A stretch of 59,579 bases of DNA, filler included, from Sphacelaria rigidula (lineage: Eukaryota): NCBI GenBank assembly GCA_964200075.2. It is 7 parts of 7 records of this genome, joined end to end, with 100 filler letters (N's around TTAATTAATTAA, not from the genome) between each part and the next. Parts side by side here need not be neighbours in the genome. Positions count along the whole stretch, not along the records: positions 25,579 to 34,004 come from CAXNAA020011179.1; positions 34,105 to 42,529 come from CAXNAA020011180.1; 5 more parts are not named here. One strand, written 5' to 3'. Both the position numbers and the translations under genes were made by a program. Shown here one piece after another: positions 26,251 to 37,100 of the stretch (the first letter of the stretch is position 1; each line of letters begins with the position of its first letter). The notes beneath the pieces are model-generated. The model was not told the origin of the DNA and did no database searches. It worked only from the letters and a program-made list of their open reading frames with translations.

Positions 26251-26767
26251 GTCACGTTGTTCACCACCACCCCAAAAACAAGACCCGACGAAGTCAAAGA
26301 AGTGCACAGGGCAAAACAATAATAGCGATGGCGGTACATAGCTTTAGTATGTCTCTGAACCTATGTTCACATCAAACTCTGGCTCGATATCACGCAGTAT
26401 TTTACAGCACAGGGACCAGCTGTGGATGCCCTCCCAGGCGGGAAATCTGTACGAGCCAAAAAGTCGTTTCCCAATGTGCCCGACCGACACGCGATCGCAG
26501 TGTTGCGCCGGGGAATAGTGTCACGTTCCCCACCACCACCCCCAAAACGAAGACACGACGGAGTCAAAGAAGTGTATAGAGGGTAACATCACAACGATAG
26601 TGGTACACAGCTGTAGCATGTATCTGAAGCTACGTCCTGATCGAAGTCTGGTTCAGTTCCACCCGGTACAGCTCACAAACCAGCGATGGATACCCCTCAA
26701 AAAGTAGTTACCTTTGTACAAGCGAAAGAGTTATTTTTCAATATGCACCTCAGACACGCAATCGAAG
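26251..26767 (+). repeat. Diverged tandem duplication, two units of about 269 bp
   Basis: gtcacgtt...caccaccaccccaaaa...gtcaaagaagtg...gacacgc.atcg.ag occurs at 26251 and again at 26520. Confidence 0.8.
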
Positions 26768-27037
26768 ATTACTGATACTGTACAAATGTTTGCAAGCTGA
26801 AACTCTGCAGGGTGGTACAACTAGCTACTAGCCGTCGTTCAAGCCTAAGAGTGCTTTGATTGGGGGTTGAAATAGTGCAGTATATGTCGCAGATGATGTC
26901 CGCTTCACCCCCATTTTTCATCTGCGACAGGGGTCCGCGCAGCCAGAAACTGGAGGACTGGTAAGCATACGTTTTATCTACACAGAGCAACTTGATTTGT
27001 CTCTGCAGCTGCCGTGTGTATCGAGATATTGCCATCT

Positions 27038-29900
27038 CAGTGAGGGGTGTTCGAATGTGTGAAACGCGGCCTAAAAACTCATCCGGTCACAGGTGGTGTA
27101 CAAATTGAGCGGAAAGTAATTGCGCCGCGTTCAGTCGTTTTTGGCTCATGCTACGGTGGGGGTCGCACATTTGGCGTCAAATCTTCATCATTCAGAACCT
27201 CCGGAGACTAGGAGTGACACAAAATTATGAGACAGGTTATTCCTGCGTAATAATACCATCCGGATATCCTGAGCCCTCGGAAATGCTGATCGTGACGTGC
27301 TTACATATTTCATAATGACTGATGCTTTCGCGAGATTGACACTCTGAGACAGGTCTAAAAGTGAGAATCGGTCGACCGATAAGCGGAATGATTCCAGTTC
27401 CGAAATGCTCCGCCGGGCCTTATATGAAGACCAAAACGCTTTCTGTAGCAGGTTGCCATGAAGCGTTTGATACATCTGAATAATGTTTTGACGTGAACCT
27501 GTAAGCACACGACCGTGTTCCACAGGAACACACACACGTACACACACAAGGTAGCAAAAAATGGACAACTTGGAGTGAAACATGAAAAATTCAATCCCAA
27601 CCAACGCTAGACTCTCGAACTCGCGAAAACCTTATCATTAGTCGCGGTTTGGATGAGATAGAGGGCACGTAACAATTCGACGCTCGGAATATGTTTGTGT
27701 GCCCCTGTACCGTGGCACCAATTCACGTGTCTTAGGAATATCTTCTCTCACAATCATACATACAACAACCAACATTGCCCGCCAGTAGTAGAAACTACGT
27801 TACACACATGTTCATGCCGCTGTCTCTGGGATGGTGCGTGAAGCGTGCTTGCGGGATGGCCATGCAACGCGTAACGCACGGTCACATTCCACCGACTCGC
27901 TGTGTTGTCCACGAGACCGTAAGCTTTCGGAATCAAAAGAGTGGTACCGCTGAAATGGTGCCGGTGTTTGCTTCGGAGAATAGGTGGTCACATCGAATAT
28001 CCGGCGTGGTGCAGGCAGAATGTCGGTGAGAAACTGGCAAGTAGAGAAGGAGGAAAAACACCATCCGACGTCGTCTCTCTAGCGTTCAGCACATTAAAAT
28101 TACGTCATCAGAATTTTGGGTAGCGCTTTTGATTGAGGATGATAACCGGAAAGCTGATATCATCGTATCCACACAAATTCTTTGAAATATTGTTCCATCC
28201 CTTCACCCACCGGAAGCTATTGGTAATCGCTGCACGCCGTACAATTCTGGATTCCAATCACCGAATTTCTAAACCCTAGATGAAGAAAAAATGATAAACG
28301 CACGTGATCCGCAAGGATCACCTACATTCCCCAACATCGCCTTATCACCCTGGACCCCAAAGTTTCGGTTCTCCGCATCCACATTCGTTTGGCATGCAGT
28401 TGTCGCCAATGGCTGCCAGTACGTGAATGAATGCAACAAGGTGTCGAAGAATTGGAGTGAATGACAACATTTTTAATTTCCGGGTAGTCATCCTCGTTGA
28501 AAGTCTCCATCCCCAATTTTGATAATCGGCTGCGATCGGTGTTATCAAAGATGCCTGGCGGTTCGCCCGCTGTGCAGAACAAGATTGGACACAGCCTAAT
28601 TCCTGGAGTCGATGCGCGTGCGGTGGCCGGGTCGCACAGTACTCTAAGATGTCGAGTGCAAGGCCATTTATTCCACCTGATTTGTGCTTTCTGAATTGTT
28701 TGGTTAATAACGATGCTTGTCTTCACGTTCAACAGGCGATTCGACCAAGGGCATCGCCGGACTACTCGCCGTATTCATGTGCACCCAAGGGTGCATCACA
28801 CCAAGCACAACACACCTTTCGTATCAACGCAAGGAACGGACTATGATTATTTAGAGGAGGAGATGACAATCGCCATGGTTACATATATACCTGCGCAATC
28901 TATCTACACAATACACGCCTTCAACGTTCTCTAAGATCAAAACGCGATTTCATCGTCATGGCCTTTGTCTGCGTCCGGTGCCAAATCCTCTCCCTCCGAC
29001 CCGCTGCACTCGGAATCTGAATCTCCAATTCAGATCCCCGCTGAATACTTCGACCCGTCCTGTGAGGGTCCATCTCCTTCGCCGTCGCTACAATTACGAC
29101 TGGTAGGATCTGTTCCCGGATCCAATCCCTCTCCCATCACCCTCCCGCCGTCGCGCCAGAACGACGCCCCACCATGACTATTATTTACATCTGCCCCTGG
29201 CGCTTTTCTCGCCCCATTCGCCTCGCCCCTAGGACGCAACGCCGCGGACCCGTCCCTTCCATGGCTCGCCACTGACCCGACCCTTTAATGCTTCCTCGCT
29301 GACCCGCCCCTTCCACGATTCGCCGTCGATCCGCCTCTCCCGTTATGACTTCGGCGGCGTGCACCGACGTTTACTGTGGCGGCATTACCCATGGAAATAG
29401 CGTCCGTCGCCGGGGAAGTGGGAGGAGGCAATAAGCACTAGTCCTGGCAACCGCAGCTCAGCGTGCAGTTCCCCAAACACCTGCATCCCTGGCACCGCTG
29501 ACGTTTTTGCGCCGCCCTTTCTGGCTCGCAAGCACATCGAAGGGTTCGCACGTTCCAGGATGTATCCACGTACGCGTGGCTTGACAAGTACACCACTATG
29601 TTGTCCCGTGTAAGCTCCACCGTTCCTCTGCTCGCCACCTTCACCCCATCCTTATGGTGAGTCTTATTTTCAGGTTCAACGTCCCATCCGCGCCCGTTGA
29701 AGGTCACTGTGGGCATGTTCTTCCCAAAACTCCCCCCCCAATATTCAAGTACTGCATCGGACTTAGCCACACGCATCCTACATGCGTCCAAATCCAGGCC
29801 CAAACTGGCAGGGGTTGGCAAGCATAGATTTTTGCCCACGCATTTTTGTTCAGCGGCCAATCTCGAAACCTCGGAGCCAAGGGAATCTGAAAAGCAGAAT
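27038..29900 (-). mobile_element. Decayed Academ(X)-like DNA transposon, copy 1 (3' part: XPG C-terminal region, Cys8 finger, possible protease remnant)
   Basis: LPTP...RV..SDAVLEYWG...MPTVTFNGRGW...RCAC...CQGCRCLGNCTLSCGC (ORF 29438-29860); colinear with copy 2. Boundaries approximate. Confidence 0.55.
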
Positions 29901-29909
29901 AGGCTCCTC

Positions 29910-32800
29910 TATGTGGGGTGATTCAAAGTGTCCGAGACGTGTGTCGGCGGTTTTCTTGGTTTGGGGGTCAAAACGTGGGTCAAACGTCCCAAAAGTGAAC
30001 AATCCGTGGGCCAAAAAAACTGTGTGCCATAACATCCGGCCTGACTACCACTTTTTTTGTGGAATTGATCGGTCTCGACCGTTCTTGGACAAGAGCGCAA
30101 GTTCGGTCGAAAACAAAATGCACCCCCGGAAAACGCAAGATCATCCCGGAATTTTTGTGAACGAGTAAAGTGAGATATTCCAAGGTGTCAACATCCACCT
30201 AGCCCTCGTTTAGGGCGTAAAACGATGCAGAAAGATCAAGAAGACAGTTCTACGGTTTTATTCTTGTTTACCGTAAGAAGCGGCCTGAAGAGTGACATTA
30301 CGGAAATGGCCCCGGTGTGTGATTTGGCGGACAGATGGTCACATCGATCGTCCGGTTCGGAGCAGATGGTTCAGTATGAAGAATATCGCAGAGAGAGCGA
30401 CGAAGAACATCATGCGATTCCCCACCACTCAAAACACTGGTCATACATACGCATGATTCCCGGCCCTTCGCTCGCCGTCATAACGCAATCGTTAGCATCC
30501 AATGAGCAAGCTCGACTCACATACCATGGTTTGGTTCAGATTTGTTGTTTTGTGTCCAAACTCTCCTTTGACATTAATAGTAAGCCTCACGCATCACCGG
30601 CGATTGGCCTAAGGACGTCGCAAGACCACTCCCCATACACTTGCGCACCCAGGGGCGTACCGCACGTGCACGAATCACCATTACTATGTACACGAGACAT
30701 GGTTGATGACCTCCGGGAGAAGACAACCTTGAATTGTACAGACATCTGTGTGCAATCTAGCTACAAAATCAAAATTCTCATTTGACTGAAATATCAAAAC
30801 GCGAAATCTTCACTATGGTTCTTGCCCGCTTCCGATCCCGAGTCCTCTCTCCCCGACCCGCTGTGTTCTGCATATGAATCTCCAATCCAGATCCCGGCTG
30901 AATACTTCGACTCGCGGCCGATGGGCCAACGTGGTTCGCCGTCGCAACAGTTGCGACTGATCGGATCTAATCCCGGATACGCTCCCCCTACCGCCTCCCG
31001 CTGTTCCCGTCAGCACGGCTCCTCACCATGAGTCATACAAACTGGCGCTCCTGACGCGCTCCTCTCTCTATTCGCTCCGCCTCGACCATGTGACGAGGTG
31101 GACCCGCCCCTTCCATGGTTCGCCATCGATACCCCCCTCACGTTCTGAGATCGGCCGCGTGTACCGCTATCTCCGCCGCCGGTATCACCAGTGCGATTCG
31201 CTCCAGTCGCTTCCTCCAGTCGCTCGCAGAGGAGGCGGGGGCAGGAAGCAGTGGCAACTGTAGCACGGTGCGTACTTCCCCAAACACGTGCACTTGAGGC
31301 ATCTGTGATTTATTTGCGCCACCTTTTTCGGGTTGCATAAACATGTGAAGGTTCGCAGGTTCTCGGATATATTCGCCTACGTGTGAGTTGACAAGTAGAC
31401 CACAATGTTGTCGCGTGCGAGCTCCACCGCCCCTCTGCTCGCCGATTTTATGCGACCTTTGTGGTGACTCCTCTTCTCCGGGTTATGCCCCACCCGCGTC
31501 CGTTGAAGTCCACTGTAGGCATGCTGTCCCGAAGGCTCCCCCCCTCAGTATTCAAACACTGCATCGGAGTTACCGACGTGCTACCTGCCGACGTCCGGAT
31601 CTGGGCAGCAGCGGGGAGGCATGTGCCCATGTACTGTGGTGCTAATGAGCAGATCTTGTTCACGTACGACTCCAAGTATTGCCCGGACTTGGTGAATGAA
31701 CAGAAGTCCCGGATCCGCGGCGACTTGCGCCAGAGCGTTTTCGTACCTGAAAAAAATATGGTGGCCAGCAGATTTACGACTTCATCGACATTCACCCTCA
31801 GCGTGCCATCTTTGACCATCAATATCGCTGTTGTGAACAGATTTGGCGTTCGCATGGCTTCCAGAACGAAATCCCATGTCTTGAAGAAAGGATTCCCGGG
31901 CACATGTGGTAGGAAGTCGCACCCAGCTAACATGTAACATACGTGAAAACGAAGAATGCCACCTTGATAAATGGCGCTAGCCAGGGATACTACTGCCCAT
32001 CGGGTGGCCAAGCACTGTCGCTCCCGTCCCTCAGATTCTCGATCGCAACTGTATACTCTGTTCAGTATGTACTGGGGTCACCATTCACCGTGCCTTTGAT
32101 GGTGACTTGCACTGCATCTGAGCCCTGCGGCTTGATACACTGGGGAGAAGTCGCCAGGAGTACAAGAATCCACGGATCAGTATCGATGGAAGTCACGAGC
32201 CACTTCTTCAAGGGTTCCCCAAACAACGTCCCAGAGTGGATGAAGTGGACTGCGGACATATATCCCTTTCCTATGCCGGGTCCGGCTGCGCTGTGGATAC
32301 TCCGACCAGGTCCATTGTCATGACGCCACCACAACAGATAATGTCCCGAGCCACGAGTAGAAGGGTGGGGGGAGCCCCGCACTTGGCACATGTGCTTCTC
32401 CTCCCGTCTCTGTCCTCCCGCTCTCGTTGCCTGTCAATGCGGCAAGATACCATCATGGACTCGCCCGAACCCCCGCGCGGGCGCCAAGACCAGCGTCCGG
32501 CGCCGTTTCGCTTGGTCGCCCGCCCGTCACCGCCGCAAAATAGGCCCGCGGGGCCGCCCCTGCAAGACCTCTGCCGTCGATACCTCCGCCTGCCGCAGTT
32601 GCCGCCATCAGTGGCATCGCCGCTCCTCCCCTCCCCCACCCGCTTGATGCAGCCGGTGAATTCGAGCGGCGGGCTGGCGGATGCGGCCCGTCGCCAACAA
32701 CACTCGCGTCTGAGTGATGGTGTACTATTGACTATTTTGTGTTGTGCAACTTCCCGTACCAACTCTCGAACTTGTGTGCGTGTATAGGCTGCTTCAGGGT
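29910..32800 (-). mobile_element. Decayed Academ(X)-like DNA transposon, copy 2 (XPG/FEN1-like nuclease and Cys-rich finger)
   Basis: LVTSIDTDPWILVLL (about 32150-32200), YMLAGCDFLPHVPGNPFFKTW (about 31875-31935), MPTVDFNGRGW, and TCLC...CLKCTCLG...CYSCHC (about 31250-31350); frameshifted. No transposase domain is visible. Confidence 0.6.
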
Positions 32801-34104
32801 GAATGCCTAAAATTTATTTCTCACTAGATACAGAACGCAAAACTGACCCGATAGAAACATGTTTGGTATGATAGCAACCCCCACGAGCAAGCAAAAGAGT
32901 CTGACATGGCCAGACTTTCTCTTGCGTCCCTTGCCGTGGCGTTGGTAGCGAAAATATTTCTCGGCCCATCAGGGGCCTTCAAATTGTCCTGAAATTAAAC
33001 ATGTTAATTCCCTACATGATTCGTACCCAATCTCTTCGCGAATTCAATCGTAGTAACCGCCATCAGCTAGGGAACTCAACACGAAAAAAAGTTATTCGAA
33101 AACGGTTTGTATTGGGTCGAGTTATACCCCACAACGTGGATTTCGGGTGATGTGCGGTTTTGGTGCCGTCGGATTTCCACTGATAACATGTATCGAAGAC
33201 CTAAAATATTTCTTGACGTTTTCCCTTGTAACTTAAAAAAAATCTCCTATCATCCTCAAACTTGGTAGTTTGGTAGAAATGGGTGCTACGAATGGGGAAA
33301 AAATCGTTAAAGAACATTTTAAAGTTTATCCGCTCTCTACCGGCTCCCGGAGGTTCCAGCGTGAAGACCCCCCAGAAGCTGGTACAGATTGACTCAAAAC
33401 AACAAAAAAATTGTTCGTCCCTAGGTAGTCCAAGAAAGGTTTGTACAGAGTTTCATTGCGTAACTCAAAAAGCTGATCCCAAACGGTCGATTTAAGCTCA
33501 AGCGCCCAAGGAAAACGTCGGTGGCATTCTATTATCAACTAATTAAGAGGATTCCGCGTACATTTGTGTACTTCAACACACATACGGGCGGTTGTTCACG
33601 CCGGTTTTTCGAGTTAGACACTGAAGTTTTGCACACGGGTGCTCTGGCATATTGAGGCTGTATAAGTGGGGTCTTTCGACGCTTTTTTTTTTCGTTACAT
33701 GTCCGGAGTCCCGGGAGGCAGTGTCTGACAGTAGGTGGCCCTGTATAGTGCGGGTATGGGACAGGCGATTTCACCCACACTAAACGGGGCACCAGCACAA
33801 TATGTTTTTTGTCCTTTATTGTGCGCATCCCGCACTAATAATGTAAACATATTACCTCAATAGTGCGGGTCCCGCACTATGTACGCTTTGACGAGTTGCG
33901 GGCTGGTTATGTGCGACTCTTTCGCGCGAAACAGCGGTACGGGTGATGGGGCTACTGTTCTCAGTGTACGAGGTGTCTTCTTGTAAGAAAGAAGGGCAGG
34001 TATGNNNNNNNNNNNNNNNNNNNNNNNNNNNNNNNNNNNNNNNNNNNNTTAATTAATTAANNNNNNNNNNNNNNNNNNNNNNNNNNNNNNNNNNNNNNNN
34101 NNNN

Positions 34105-37100
34105 GGTTCTAATAACACCCGCCCCAAATTACCTTCGGCTATGACTCCCCAACCAAGCTTGCCTACGGAAAGCAGACCACAAGTTTCGCTCGATCATGCC
34201 CCGATGCTGACCCCCTCCACCCGACTTGACGGAGTTGTGTTATCATCCCAAGACGTTTTGGAAGTTCTCCGACCATTGTCACGGTGAAAGAGGGAGCCCC
34301 GGAAGCATGCCCCCAAGGATGCGCGCGCACCATCACGTACATTTCGCTGAAGCGGGAAACCTCGATTTCAATCTCTCGAAAATGCGATGACTTTGAGCTC
34401 GACGGCCCTATCAAGTATCACGGAAGAAAATAAATCAAATATTTCTGACGTCACTGCTTCTATAATCGACGACTCCAGCCCCGGACAATCTGGATTCCCC
34501 TTGGACGGTGATCCTTGTCAACTAAAGACGACAATTTACAAAACCGCTATTGATTACTCTAACCGTGCCACACCTGGAAATAATTTACCGTCCACCCCCT
34601 TCTTTGGTGAGAAATTTGACCCACAGGCGGATCACCCCCCGTCCGCTTTTGCTGTCATCCCCGCTGATCCTGACCGATATACCTTGCAGGAACATTGTCC
34701 GAATCTTCTCGGCGGTGAAGTGTCTGTGGATCCGGTCACTTTCACTACACGTGTCGCGATCCACTCTGGTCCAAACGCTACCACGCCTGCGAAATGCGTA
34801 TCCTTGTTGGACAGCTGCAGCCCGAAAATATTGATTCGAGAATCAACATGGCAACACATGAAACAGGCTGGCATTGGTACTGTAGCTTGCAAAACCACCA
34901 CCCAACCTCGAGTATGGGGCGGTTTTGGTGATTCTACCGCATCCCTGACGACACGAAAATGTGTACGTCTCAGGGTGCATTTTTTTCACAACACCACTCG
35001 TTCCGCCAGCCTGGCCGTCTGGGCATACATTGTCTCCGACAGCACAATGCACCGCGCCATATTATTGGGAAGATATAGCTATATGCGGTTAAAAACCCGA
35101 ACCCCTCCGCACGCTTCCACCACCATCGCTACACTTCACGCCTCGTGGACAATTTAACCTTGAACACTTTGGTACACTTCACGGCGCCCTGGCCTACCAA
35201 AAACAGAACTCAAGCAACCGGAGCTGCTTGCCACCTACGATACAACGGTAGTGTTAGTATTACACTCTTCCACGACCCCCAACTTTCAGAGATTGCACTA
35301 GTTCGCCGAAATGGCATGCCAGCACTTACAGGTCATTAGCTTGCCGAAATGTTACCCCGTATTAGCGCACGAGTCGACGCAGAATCTTTTGCCTCGGCGA
35401 GCCAATAACTGCTCCCTCTTACGGATCATGCTAACTTGGAACTCCGTGATATTTTAGGAATCGCCGCTGCTCCCCTGATGCAGATCTCACTCTAAACGTG
35501 CGTAACAGAGCCTGCCGAGCCCAGCGCAACATCTCCGATGGAGTCAGTCCATTGTGTCGATGAACCTTATTTCGACCTCGCCTCTGCGGCTCTACCTCAG
35601 GTCCAAGCCGTGGATCCTGCCCAGTCAAATTCCGATCCTCCTGCTGAAGTGCTTCAAGGCTTATCATCAGATTCTCGGAATAGTATCCTGCAAATGTGGA
35701 ACGAACTACCGCCACACATGCGCGCCATCAATTTTGACTTTCATGAACCCGGCTGGGAACCGGCAGTCATCCAAGAACTCAGCGATGCCCTTCTACAGTA
35801 CCAAGACCGATTTTCCCGATCCAAGACGGATCTTGGGCGCTGCAAAACGCTGCCCTTTGAGGTTCCTCTCCAACCCGGCGTCTCGCCAATCTTTTCCCGA
35901 CCATGCCGGACAAAGCCCATCCTTACTAATAAGGTTAATATTATCTTGGATGCATATTTGGGAGCGGGACTAAGACAACATTCCTCGTCTCCTTGGGCCT
36001 CGCCACTTGCGGTCGCTCCCAAAAGGTTGGAAACATACGCATAACCGTGAATGACCAGCGGTTGAACTGCGTCACTGTAGTTCAGTGGGTAAACTTCCAA
36101 TCCCCCGCATTGATGAAGTCTTCGACTCCTCAGGCGAAGGAAAAATATTCAGCACCTTCGACCTCGCTTCTGGATTGTTTCAGAATGCTTCCACCCTGAC
36201 ACAGTACCACTAACGGCCTTTTGTACCTCGTCCGGGCTCTACGAGTGGCTTCGAATGCCAGAAGGCGCTGCTACTTTGTATCTCGTCCAGGCTCTACGAG
36301 TGGCTTCGCATGCCACAAGGCGCTGCTACTGCTCCGGGATGCTTTCAACGCTTCATGCAACTTGTCGCCGAGGTCCTCGAACACATCATCACGTGCTTTG
36401 ATGATGCTATCGCTTTCAATGCCTCACCTATCACACACATCCGCACTCTACGAGAAGTTCCCTCTCACCTACAAACACACGACTTGAAACTGCCCCCATC
36501 CAATGCTCGCCTCGGTGCGACTGACCTGGATTTCCTGGGGCATTCCATTTCGCCAGCAGGCCTGCATCCGGATATAAAGTCAGGGCGACGACTGACTTGC
36601 CGATGCCAACCAACATCTCTCAACGTCGCTCATTGCCGGGCGGACTATCCTGCTACAACCTTTGTTTGCCGAATCCATCCAAACGGATTCGCCCCCTCAC
36701 TGAGTTACTCAAGAAAGAAGCCGTGTTTACCTTCACAATCGATATGGAGAGTATCACCCGCGAATTGCTCGAGACGCTTACCGAAAAGCTGGCACACTGC
36801 TTTCCTGATGGGAGGCAGTACAAGATGGCTCTCGCCTTTTCCAACTCGACAGTGATGCCAGCACAGACGGATTTGGATGAGTTTTGAATCAACCTAGGTT
36901 GATGTCTCCGTCCGACCCATCCTCTACATCAGCCGTGCCACCCTGCCCAACGAGGCCAATTGAAACCCGCTTGAATCGGAACGCGGAGTCATCACCTGGG
37001 CCATGAAGCGCCGTCGACGAAATCTGTTTCACGCACCCTTTGAGATTTATCCGGATCATGAAGAACTCAAACAACTCGCCAAGCTTGGCGAACACAACCC

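Noticed and set aside
28649-30785. Plus-strand ORFs (SPYSCAPKG / SPYTCAPRG; 30225-30785) convergent with the XPG ORF, superficially ADP-ribosyltransferase-like (TPFVST)
   Set aside because: Differences between the two copies are better explained as synonymous in a minus-strand frame (PLGA..YGEW), so the plus ORFs are probably shadows.
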